Below are positions 52,101-63,876 of a DNA stretch of 64,000 nucleotides, piece by piece. The notes beneath the pieces are model-generated. The model did no database searches, was not told the DNA's origin, and saw nothing but the letters and a program-made list of their open reading frames with translations. Within the stretch, counting starts at the first letter, position 1. Each line of letters starts with the position of its first letter. Source of the DNA: Haliotis rufescens (taxonomy: Eukaryota); the NCBI RefSeq assembly GCF_023055435.1, contig NW_025964354.1:2108001-2172000 (forward strand), written 5' to 3'. The translations under genes were made by a program, and so were the position numbers.

Positions 52101-54238
52101 CACTTCGTATAAAGTTCAACCAATTTCATCACTCCCCTAACTGCAGTCATGTGGTGTTCAAGACGTACAAACTGAAAAGGAATGTACTACACCAGAAAAT
52201 GTGTGAGATGGACTTTACCATAACAGGATGTACACCATGACAGGACACAGATTTATACAGTTTGCACATCGGTTTTTCGATTCATACCTCAATGAACCGG
52301 AAAAAATACAGTCAATGTTTGAATGCACACAAGATACCGAACTATCGGCTCACATTACTTTTATACTGCCAACCAAGAATATTCTTCAAGATCTATGCAC
52401 CACCAACAAATGAGGATGGGATGGTCAACTGAACACAAGATCTCTTTGGAGAAATAGCTGGAAGGTCATCAGGAAGAGGATGGAAGATGTCTGAAGCTGT
52501 GACGTTGGGGAATGTTTTTTCAGGCAACTTCTGTGGTTAAGATAACATCCATACAGCATTTCTCATGGGCCAGACTTGCATCAGTAAAATCAGTCCTCGC
52601 TTAGAGTTAACAACTGTGTCTGCACACATTGGGCAACTCATGTAGAAACAACTTGACACCAATAGTGATAGTGTCGCTTGGGTTTCTATCCATGTAATAA
52701 TGGGTCACCATATGCTCATCTAATTTCACTGACGTGGTTTGATGGGATATTCCATTAAAACAATTATTTACTTGTGTTAAATTAAATGCACCTTATTGTA
52801 ATATAATGTTGGATCGAAATGAAATATGTCAGTTAAGGACAAGTTCATTCTTTTATTTGACAAAATAAGCATTGTACACATACAATACTAGTTTTGTTGC
52901 TGACCAGTTAAAATGATATGAAACAGAAAATGTAAAACACACATGCACCACACTATTAATACACTATTGATGACTGGGATGATTTGATCACGCAATAATT
53001 GTTACGAACATGACACGGGTACAAGCTGTTATAGTGTGGGAGATCTGTGTTTCCAGATCCGTCGAGGCAGAAGGAAGAGGAATCTGTGTAAGTACTTTTG
53101 GCTCTTGCTATACTTAAAATAAGTGAGTACTTAAACATGTTGATGCTGAATTGAAAGTGGAACAGATGTGTTGTTCATTGTACCCTGTTATTACTGTATC
53201 AGTGTAGACTATATCATTTGTGATAAAACGTAATTCGCAGAGGAAAGTTAATTCATGTTATATGGACACACACAATAGAATGTCCTGCAATGTGACGCTA
53301 CTGTTTCTATACAGATATCATGAGGTAGCTGCATCTACCGTGACAACTCAGCACAGTCGCCAGCAACATCGTCAGTCAGGTAAAACAAGGATTATAGACT
53401 GGACATAAGTCACATTCTTGTTTACTGGACCCGAAAAAAACACAATATTGACTGTGGAAGAAGACCGCGGTCGATGTTGTTTTGTTCGGGTTCATAAAAC
53501 ATGTAGTGGCATAAAATATAATTGTTTATTATATAAGAAAGCGACAAAGGCACATTCAAAATAGGCTTGGGGTCGCTTCTGTCGAATGTCACGTGACCGC
53601 TCCTTGGCAAATGAAATGGCGGAATTTCAAGGACATAAAGAAAGGAGGTTTATATCCAATCCTTGTCAACCAATGGTGTATTGTTGTCCTTATAATTTGG
53701 ATTTCACGAAAAAAAGTTTGTAAAAATTTATCTCATTATAATTATTTGTATTTGTGATGCATATCTTCCTTGGTGTCTGGTATTTCCAGTTAGCATACTT
53801 ATTTAAAATGTAAGGGTTCACAAGTTCCAGTTACCACAGAGAATCTGACTCGACTGTCAAAGATACTTATTGATGTATGGTTTCAAATACAAGGAGCTGC
53901 TGAGAACGCGGATGTTTCCACCTGGTTATCGTCGATTGTTTCAGTTACATGCATATCGTATGTCCTTGTTTCATGAAATATTGAGGTAACAAGGAGGATA
54001 AACACCATTATTGTTTATTGCGAGCTCAATCTTGTCACAAATAGGTTTACTGTGCATGGTTTGTACTTTGGGCGACCACAGGATGATGTGTAACAATACC
54101 ATTACAGGTGCGGGGACATCTGGCAGCACTTACGACGCCCTCACGTCTGACAGGGACACGCCAACAGAAGCACCAGCTTACGAGAAACTAGAGAAACAGT
54201 ACGTGAACATGGCGGTGTCTGCTGATGATGAGACCTAA
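43151..54238 (+). CDS. IgSF receptor paralogue 4 (44-nt frameshifting deletion in V1; all other exons open)
   Basis: Exons: leader 43151-43208, V1 45185-45452 (268 vs 312 nt; stop 45349-45351), V2 45505-45831, Ig3 46035-46310, Ig4 48593-48847, Ig5 49661-49933, Ig6 50271-50567, FnIII 50715-51017, TM 51397-51513, cyt1 53057-53087, cyt2 53315-53379, cyt3 54108-54238. Confidence 0.7.
43856..44334 (+). mobile_element. SINE A with nested antisense SINE B (43906-44197)
   Basis: Paralogous to 13851-14309. Confidence 0.85.
46704..48396 (-). mobile_element. Tc1 element with nested SINE A (47803-47974) and a 117-bp internal duplication
   Basis: Same TIRs, site and SINE TSD as copy 2; ORFs 47077-47388 and 47369-47782 carry the DDE motifs. 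Confidence 0.92.
49291..49454 (-). mobile_element. SINE family A
   Basis: Paralogous to 19098-19258. Confidence 0.85.
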
Positions 54239-56236
54239 CTGCAATCATCAAAACAGAGTTCAGTGTATGACAAAGCAGCACATTCAATATGTCTCATTAT
54301 ACGTCTTCCATGAGGTCTTGGCTTACATCAGTGGGTTGGCTCTATCTTTCTATTTGAAAGCGTCTGAGACGCAATAATTCGAAGTGCCGAGTTACGTCCC
54401 TTAGGTGTGCCAGACACCCGTGATCGTGTGTATCTCAGATCCGTTGTGGATACCCTTCGTAGCTTTTCCGCACTGTACCAGTGCTCGTGGGTTTCATCAA
54501 ATCAGTTTTCCTCCCACACCAAGCGTTAACACCATTTATAACTGAAGAATTCCTACACAGCTGCGTTAAACTTATTACCCAATATGAGCTACAATCACTA
54601 AGCAACCAAACTGCACACACACACTCCATTTTCTGTAACTATATTTGATTTCAGAGATGTACATTGTTTCCCCAAAGCAATCTTATTTTTAGAAGCTTAT
54701 AGATATTTACATGTATATACATATACATATCTTTAAAGACAGTTTAAGAGAGATTATGTATTCCCTGAGGATGGTTAGATATAGCTGTAGTCACTAAAGC
54801 GCTGTGCAGTAGGGAACAATACGGCGGGTTTCACAAACACACATGCCACGACATAGCATACACTTGAAGCTTCATAGTAGACTTGACATACGTTTGAAGC
54901 GCTAACTTTTTTTCCAATCTCGTGTGCGGAAATATCGTTATGATATTGAGGGGCAGCATTACCTAATCGTCACTCAGTTCTCTATGTACATCTGCATTTC
55001 TTGGGCGTACCAGAAAACTACGACCTTCGGTTCGAATACCAGATTCGCCCTCTTTATAATTCTAGGTTTGTTAGCCCCATACCCATGCTCGTAAGTTTCA
55101 CCAAAGTTGACACGCCCTGATAATAATACTCACCAAAGCACGGTTAGCTAACTCACTCAGCTAAACAATTGTTCAACAAACTGTATATGCTCAACTGTAT
55201 ATAAATATGATTTTTAACATGTACATTATTATCAGTATTACTTCTTTCATTTGGAGCCTCTTGATATCCGTTACCTATTGCGACAAGAAGATCATGATAA
55301 TACCTGACACTAGCTGTGACGATGAACTCTATGTCACGATCCGAATGTTTCCCACCAGTGCTGACATGTTTGTTTGTTTTCAAAAATGCAATAGGCACTG
55401 TGTGTTTCTTCAGGAGAAAATTGGTGTTTCCGCGATTGCCTCCGTTGTCAAGCGGAATGTCAGTGGTATCAAAATACATAAAATTATGGTACTTGTTGTT
55501 ACCCTTCCTGGCACTCGGCATTAAGGAGATACAGTACAATATGTCTGAGTTGGGTATTTCTTCACACCAGTACTGTATTACTGGCATAAGTCTAGACTCG
55601 TACAAGCAGCGACACATACACATACATCCACGTCGCTTTGCAGTGCAATGAACCTGAAAGTCTTTTTAAACCCCATTTCATCTCCCTTTCGTTTGGCGAC
55701 GATCGCCTTTTTAACAGCTGGTTATTCATCATATTTTCTTCTCAAGGTTTGACAAGACAGACCACAAGAAAAAAGTGTTAATCTGTGTTATAAATCTACA
55801 ACATTACTATATAAACTATGTACTTTAATAGATATGTCAATTGTCAAGCAGACTAAGTTGTTTGTTCCCCACCTTCAGCAGTGTTAAATTCGCAGGTACA
55901 TCACAAGATTCATGTGAACGTGACGGCCTTGTCGCTACTTTGTTTGAGGATTGAAGTTGTATTTACTGACGAATCACTTCATGGTAAATTTGCTCACGTG
56001 AGGCTCTGTCTTCATCAGCTGATGAACGTCAACAAATACAACTTCAATCCTTATATTGACAGATACATAAATCATAACAAAACAACCCATTAAACATCAA
56101 ACTTTAATTATTTACAGCGAACTATATCTCCGCGGAGAGTCTAAACGTCGTGACGTCATCCGTCCCAAACATTCAATTTGGAGTGACATCCCTTGCTTTT
56201 ACAAACGTCAGAAAATGGCGGCTACGGCAATGTCAT

Positions 56237-57200
56237 TCACTTGAAATAATAGTTGCACCCAGTAAAGTTGGAGTTGGAAAGAAATCCAGACCCGGCTGAT
56301 GCTGAGAACGGATTGATATGAACGTTCTGTGAACTTTGGGTGTGTGCTTGAATCATACCATGGCTGCTGATGACGGGGGTTACCGCTTGAGGCAGCGCGG
56401 TTGCATTTCCCAAAGCAATACACGACAGTGTGGAGCTCAGTGATATCTTTTGGTTAGTCGAGCATTCTCTGTTATAGCTTCGAATGGACACTTCATTTCG
56501 GTGACCCGACATATACATAATCTGTCTGGCTTCAAAGCCTGCATCATTCATAGCCTGAATCGATGTCGCTCTTTTGAACACTTTGAATATTTGGAAACAT
56601 CAGCCATGAAACCTTTGAAACTAGTTTTACCTAATGATTTACAAGTATACCATTTTTCGTGACTCAACGGTTGTGAAATGGCATCCTTAACACACTGGTT
56701 AAATAGAGAGGTAGCTTGAGTGTCGGTTCCACTGATAAGGTTTTCAGCATTTGAACTGGACAGTTTGGCTCAGCAGTTGAGTACATTCTTTTGTCAGCCA
56801 TTGCCTCTTCATTCTTCGTTGGTCGCGAGACACCACTCTGCATCCTGTGCTTCAGCAAACCTACTAAGGTCTGATTTGCTTTTTTGACCAACTTATCATG
56901 AGCAATGTATATCTGTCTACCAGTAAGAGATATTTGATGATTGATGGCAGCACAAATGTTTTTCAGTGTGTTTTTGTGATATTCTTAAGTGGTGACGACA
57001 TTTTCTCGGAATGTTTAGGTTTTGCCTCACAATAAAACTTGGCCAACTTCTCAGCAAGTGCCTCCGGGGGTACAGCTTCCATGTCGAGCACCTTGTTAAA
57101 GTCTTCCAGGTGCTAATCTGAAATAGATGTAATATTTTCATGTTTCCTTTTGTCTGATACTTCCATTTCATAAAAAGAGCTGTAAATGTAATGCACACCA
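56237..57200 (-). mobile_element. Crypton-like tyrosine-recombinase transposon remnant (DUF3504-type)
   Basis: Fragments RMYSTAEPNCPV, WYTCKSLGKTSFKGFMADVSK and RATSIQAMNDAGFEARQIMYMSGHRNEVSIRSY carry the R..GH..Y catalytic pattern; multiple frameshifts. Confidence 0.75.
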
Positions 57201-57589
57201 AGAATTTGATTAACTTAGATTAGTTGGATTTAGGCTCATTTTTGAAAACATTTAAAAATATTCTCATACCTTGAATTCTCAGTCCCCACTTTGTGTTTTT
57301 CTTCGTTGATTCAGACTGATGTAATGACTCGTATTGCATTAAAACTCTGCACGCTAACGTCAAACCAATTCGACAGAGGTGTCACTCCCCGTGCATCTGA
57401 TGTCGAACCCATTCGACAGGCGACTAGCATAAGGACACCCCAAGGTAAAACTCGCCATATCTATTTACCAAGAAGGCTTTGCGTAACATTTAAAGCAGTA
57501 TGACGTGTATAAATTCTCAACTTGATGAATATATAAACTTTTAGTAGTTTATTTACCTCAAATAGAAAATCCCGCGAGTTAAAAAAGTA

Positions 57590-58021
57590 TCGGTCAAAAG
57601 GTGGAAAAGGTGGTCGAAAAGGTATTTTTGAACCTCATGGAACTTTCTTTCAACAATGCACTTGTCATCTTCAAAGCTGCAAACCCAGGTATTCTGAGAA
57701 ATTTAGATTGTCATTGCAACAAAGATTCTGGATGGATATGATCGACTTGGAGTAGTAAAACCTGAGCGTCCTGCAGCCAGCCTGGAGCGTCCTGCCAGAC
57801 TTACAGCTCGTAATTTCCCTGGTAAGATCCAGGAGAAAAACCCCAAAGGTAAGATGTCATGCAATGATTGTGTAGTGTGTTCCAACAGAACTGCAAGAAG
57901 GCATCAGACCACCTTCATTTGAAAGAGCTGCAATGTTAACATGTGCCCTGTTCCATGTTTTGAACGGTATCATTCGTTAGTAAATTATAGAATAACGTGC
58001 TACCCAGGTCTTCATGATTAA
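57590..58021 (+). mobile_element. piggyBac transposase C-terminal remnant
   Basis: Manual translation gives VFLNLMELSFNNALVIF, then RLTARNFP..CVVCS..RHQTTFI*KSCNVNMCPVPCFERYH (Cys-rich domain; TGA at 57920-57922 replaces a Cys). Possible degenerate right end aaacgga-TTAA near 59217. Confidence 0.8.
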
Positions 58022-58278
58022 AAGCCATCATGTTCTTGTTACTGTTTATAGTTATGGTTGTTAGACCATCATTTTGTTTGCAAACAATACAAAAGACAAT
58101 TATTTGCCAATCAAATGTATATACATATTTTAATGATAGTGTTACTGTTTCTCTCTATTATTTATGTATTTAGTATTTTCTTGCACATATTTTGTTTCAT
58201 GGAAAAATATTAATTAATGGTACTAAATACTGACTTATTCAAAAGCTCCCTTCGAGCATCAATGGCAGAGACACCTGA

Positions 58279-58544
58279 TTTGGTTGGTTTGTTGTGTAAC
58301 GCCGCACTCAGCAATATTCCAGCTATATGACGGCGGTCTGTAAATAATCGAGTCTGGACCAGACAATCCAGTGATTAATATCATGAGCATCGATACACGC
58401 AATTGGGATCGATGACATGCATCAACCAAGTCAGCGAGCCTGACCACCCGATCCCGTTAGTCGCCTTTTACGACAAGCATAGTCGCCTTTTACGGCAAGC
58501 ATGGGTTGCTGAAGATCTATTCTACCCCGGATCTTCACGGGTCC
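58279..58544 (-). mobile_element. SINE-like family C (Meta-domain-like CCATGCTTG..AAGGCGACTAA; tail related to SINEs A and B)
   Basis: TSD GAGACACCTGA at 58268-58278 and 58546-58556; tail gctggaatattgctgagtgcggcgtt followed by (CAAC/CAAA)n. Confidence 0.8.
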
Positions 58545-59997
58545 TGAGACACCTGAGTATACATTATGATATACCTGGAAAGTCCTTGACTGACATATTA
58601 AAGAAGAAAAAAATGACAATATAACAGTGACTGAAAATGTTACAAGGTGCAAATAATTAAGCAATAATAAATCTATCTTCAATTTGCAGCCAAGGAGGAA
58701 TTTTAAATGTTGATATATCCTTATTTTAATTGTAAACGTTATGTGAAATTGTTCTAAATTCAGTTATGCTATAGATTCTGGACCTGGATAATGTATAAAG
58801 TAAAGGCAAAAATAAGTAAAATATCCCCAATTATATATATAACTAAAATTGCTAATATTTTTGAATATGTTTTAGTATATGCATCATGCAGTTGAGAATA
58901 TCTATCAAAAGCATGAATGTTATTGTGAAACAAACATTTTTTCACGCCCTTTTTTGCGCACCTGCCGTGGAGGGTGATCATTGCCGATCCACGATATTCA
59001 GAGACGTATTGCGTGGGGCACACTTATTATTGTGAAAAAAATAAATATCAGCGTGTACATTGCAGAAACATGAATCATATCCATTTATGATCAACGTAAC
59101 ATCGAATGGTTATTCTTAAATAAAAGTTCAAATAAAAGATACGGTGAAACTTGCATGTGGAATGTTGATTCATCGTCTACCGTTTCCGGGTCACGGGAGC
59201 ATGCAAGGTCAAACGGATTAAATAATACGTCAATTATATCGTCAAAGTCATATTTTTATTTCATATTAGTGGTGATTATTGATAATATGTATTGATTTGT
59301 GTTTATTCTGTACGCGACAGGGGAACTATTTCAAAATTTACTGTAATTGTTTTGTTACGAACGATTATCAGCAGACAACCCCTGTCTGTGACATCACATC
59401 CGGTGACCTTTGCACTTACTGAAATAGTGCTATCAGAGTTCACGATCTTTTTTACTTTCGTCATATTAAACGGAAAAGACAAAAGAAACATTCATCGATT
59501 GAGAAGATCGTCAACTTTCGCCAAGGCATATATGTGAAGGCAATGCAAACTTTGTTGATATTAAAATAGCAATAAGTTATGCAGAGGTCGTGCGAAGCGC
59601 GCAATGTTTGATTTTCATACGTCTGCTAGCATCATGACACGGGATTTACATTTTCGTATATCGTCAATATTCAACCAAAACACTTTAAATTAGGATTGAT
59701 GAATATTTGTAAGTCATTAATTGTTTCCTGCAAATTTTATAACATAACACGTTAGATTAACCCGAATGTTCGTATATCTGCAACTGACATGAAGACCTCG
59801 AAATTTAAGGTTTTTTTTCTGTTTACGTGTGGATAATAAATTTACTGAAATGATTCATAATTTACCAGGGCGTTGTTATTTTCCGAAAAAAAAAATCGAA
59901 TTTGTACTCAGTTAAAATATGATTATTGAAATAAATTTGCACAAATTTGACGATTTAAACAGGTTCCTTACATGAAACACAAACCACCTTCAATAAC

Positions 59998-60110
59998 CCC
60001 AGATAGCATTCAGACGTTGGCCCAACGTCGGCAATGGTTGGCAGTGTTGCGGTCTAGTCGGATTTCATACGTTGGCCAAACGTTGTTTCAATGTCAGGTC
60101 GCATTTCGGA
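59998..60110. mobile_element. Probable CACTA/EnSpm-type terminus
   Basis: Begins CCCAGATAGCA and has repeated short palindromes ACGTTGGCCCAACGT and ACGTTGGCCAAACGT; no partner end found. Confidence 0.35.
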
Positions 60111-62937
60111 AATTATTTCCAAGGGGCGCTACTCTTAATTGACAGCTTCTCATAGAGGGCGCTGCGTTTTTTTCGCCTCTCGACGAGCAGACGACGCGAC
60201 AAAAGCACAAGCTCGATCATCGGAATACTGTTTTCTTCGAATATATATATAGGTAAGTGTTTAATTAATGTCTTGTTATAATGTTCAAACAGTACCCGAG
60301 AAAAAACAACCATTGTTCATTCTGAAATATCAACACGAGTAATGATTTTCCAGAAATTGAAAACACAACGTTCACTATGTCAGTGTCACTAACTTCATGA
60401 CCGAAGCCGAATAGGAATATGTCACTCTGATTGCTTGCAAATACTGCATACTATTACTAGCATTCCCAGAAAATCGAGCTTGTCCGTATCATAAAGTTTG
60501 TCCTGATAGCGAGGACAAGTTAGTGCAAAGAAATGTGCACCGTATCTCGTTACCTGGTTCTAACAGTGGAGGTCACCGGACAGCGAGCAACCACATGACT
60601 ACTGACTATGTAAATGAATACTAGTTGTTTCGTTCTCGCGTATGTTTAAATAACAAGCAAACTCAACTGAAAAGGTCAAATTCGCTCTCGCTTGTGACAA
60701 TTAGCTATACGGTAAAAAAAGATCAATAAACTGAACAACTGAGAACGATGCTGCTAAAACTCAAAGCATTCCGTGTACGGTCATTTTAAAAAAATGTCAG
60801 AATTTCAACTTAGCAAAAACATCAAAATTGACTTTTGTAAAATAACTTTTTTTTATTGATTCAGTACACACAGCAACTTCTGAATAACAATGTTAAGCAA
60901 AATAACACCTTAATAATCAATGATGTCCTAATTATGATAAATAATAACTCTGAATAGGAAAAATATGTCTGTCCTGTTCCATGTTAACAATTATTTTTTC
61001 TGTAACAATATTTTTCAAAGTTCAAAATAAATCATGTCAGTTCTTGTTTTTAAATGTATTGTTTAATATTTCAATGAGTACAATTAAACAGAGATTGGAT
61101 ACATTATTTTATGGACAGATTTGCCCAGCATTTGAGTCAAAATGAAAACATTTGAATTCATTCAAATCCAATATGACAAACATTCCCTGATTATTGTATC
61201 ATATATCTGACACATAAAGTTCATTAGATGATATATGTTTGAATTCAAATATGTTCTTCTGAAAAATTAAAAAAATCTATATTTCTATTTTAAGTGCTGG
61301 TAACAGGACAGACAACGTAGTAACAGGACAGACAATTGAAAGTAACAGGACAGACAATCGGCTTTGATTGCAGATAACTATAACGTTCAGGAGTTCAAGA
61401 TTTTGATATATCTGACAAATACAAAAAAGTATGTGCAGTTGATTACACCTGAACATATAAGGTGTAATTAACTGAATATTCTTGTGTGTGATCTGAACTA
61501 TAGAAACCGGTCGGTAACAGGACGGACAATTGAACGTAACAGGACGGACTAACTTATGTTTACAGTCAACTATCCTGTTCAGAAGTTCAAAGTTTTGAAC
61601 TCTGACAAATAAGAAAATGTGTTTCATATGGACATTATTAACTGAATGTTCTTCTGTGTAATCTGAATGTAGGATACTGGTAGGTAACAGCACAGACGGA
61701 AGTAACGCCAAAGACAATAACTTTTGCATTTTGGGTTAATCCCTAGAATTACAAAGAATTTAAATTGATTTAAACTTAAACTAAATAGTCACGTGACAGT
61801 TTTTGTCCTGAAGCAACAACATAACAACCAAATTTATCCATGTCAAACATCAACATATTCTAGAGAAAATGTCAGAAGATTTCCTGTTTAAGCTGTATTC
61901 TTTTGCAATTGTTAATGTATTAAAAGTGTCTGAATGGGTGAATTATAGTTTCCTTAAAAGTACAATTCACTTGCACCTATGATTGTTTGATTAGTGCCAG
62001 AAATAAATGGTGTCTTTCATTCACCCAGAAACCACAGGTTGTTTATTGTTTCTGCTTTATCATATCTGTCATAACTTCCCTGTAAATTTGTTCAACACTG
62101 AAGTGGGAAGCAGTGCCTTCAATCTTCGTTGGTTCAGGAATGATGGCAATAATGTCCTCGTGCTTGTACCAGCATTTATCTTTGAGGATTCTTGGCCAGA
62201 AGAATCATTTTGAATCCCATTTTTTGCCAGACTTGTTCCTGCATTCCTCATATATATTATGGTATGTTTATGGTACTGTTCGGATGAACAAAACCTTCCA
62301 AATGGCGTGCTGGTTTTCTTGGGGGAATTAGTCAGCAAAGAGCCGGAGTTTTAGGAGACAGAGGTGAATACTTGATCCTGTTAATCCTGTTGGCACTAAT
62401 CTTGTTGACATATTTCCTGTGTGCTTGGAAAGAGATTAGGGTATCACAAAAGACGAGCTTGTATGGGGGCTAATCCTTAATGAGTCTAAATTGAAGTAAT
62501 TGCTGAATGTTATTCTAATATAGGTGATGACAGATTTACTTAAATAAAATAGTTCAAGGCAATCTATAAGACAATGTAGACATATTTTTTGTCTGGGAGA
62601 TGGGATCTTGATACCTTAGGCTAACATTTATTTAAAAGCTTCAAATCTATTAAACTATGTAGTCTACATAACTCTTGTCTTATTGAATAGTATGTCTAGG
62701 AGATGCACTCCCATTACCTTAGGCTAGCATCTATCTAAAAAGCTATAACTGAAACTACTGATATTTTATATATGCATTTAACCTGATGATAAGTATTACT
62801 TGCTAAACTATAATTATATGAAATGATGTATAAATATTACACCATGATAACTAATAAAAGCAATATCCAGGATATGGAAAAAACATCATATACACTCTTC
62901 TGTATCATCTGGAACGGATAGCAAAATGTCACTCTCA

Positions 62938-63343
62938 CTTTTCTCAATCTCACCCCTCTCCAGCGCACCACCTGTCCTCTCCATACTTTTCCCAGTCTCA
63001 CCCTTCTCCAGCGCACCAACTGTCCTCTCCACACTTTTCTCAATCTTACCCTTCTCCACCACACCACCTGTCCTCTCCACACTTTTCTCAGTCTCACCCT
63101 TCTCCACCACACCAACTGTCCTCTCCACACTTTTCTCAATCTTACCCTTCTCCACCACACCACCTGTCCTCTCCACACTTTTCTCAATCTCACCCTTCTC
63201 CAGCACACCACCTGTCCTCTCCACACTTTTCTCAATCTCACCCTTTTCCACCACACCACCTGTCCTCTCCACACTTTTCTCAAACTCACCCTTCTCCAGC
63301 ACACCATCTGTCCTCTCCACACTTTTCTGAACCTCACCCTTCT
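62938..63343. repeat. 48-bp minisatellite, ~8.5 units
   Basis: Unit TTCTCAATCTCACCCTTCTCCAGCACACCACCTGTCCTCTCCACACTT; minus strand reads EKGEIEKSVERTGGVV repeats. Confidence 0.95.
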
Positions 63344-63803
63344 GTTGTTTTATCAGATAGTAGTCTATTTTTTTATGCATATGTTTTCTTCTAAACTGTG
63401 GTAAATTTGAAAACATATCTCTTTATGTTTCCTAAAATTAGAATACTGAGTGATTGGATAAGAAAAGTTAAATAAAGCTGACCAGATGTCTGTGCTGTTA
63501 CCAATAATATATTTGTCTCTGCAGTTACGTTTAAGTCATAAGCAACTTGTTTTTATTCAGCTTGGAAGATTTGTACAACCATAGCCTCTTGAATGTCTCT
63601 GTTATCTCAAAGGAATTATTTCAGTTATTATGGTAATTATATTATTGATTGGTTAAACTAGGAAAGACAGTTTAAGATGATAAGTCTGTGCTGTTACCAC
63701 GGAATGTCTGTGCTGTTACCACGGAATGTCTGTCCTGTTACATGTTTGAAGGTAACAGCACAGACAGTAACAGCATAGACAAATTAACATTAATTACGTT
63801 TTT

Positions 63804-63876
63804 TTTAATGAGTTCTCCCTTGAAATGTTGAGACCACATGATGTGGTCTCAACATTTCAAGGGAGAACTCATTAAA
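63804..63876. repeat. Perfect 73-bp palindrome (36-bp arms, 1-nt spacer)
   Basis: TTTAATGAGTTCTCCCTTGAAATGTTGAGACCACAT-G-ATGTGGTCTCAACATTTCAAGGGAGAACTCATTAAA. Confidence 0.97.

Larger units (their letters stand above)
1..55945 (+). repeat. Tandem array of four ~12.5-16 kb gene-containing units (starts upstream of the window)
   Basis: Same exons, introns and spacers recur. V2 exon starts at 2956, 15447, 30123 and 45505; leader ATG at 12537, 27168 and 43151. Similarity to the unit ends near 55945. Confidence 0.95.

Noticed and set aside
62837-63337. Arg/Trp/Val-rich and Ser/Pro-rich ORFs
   Set aside because: Alternative frames of a stop-free 48-bp minisatellite.
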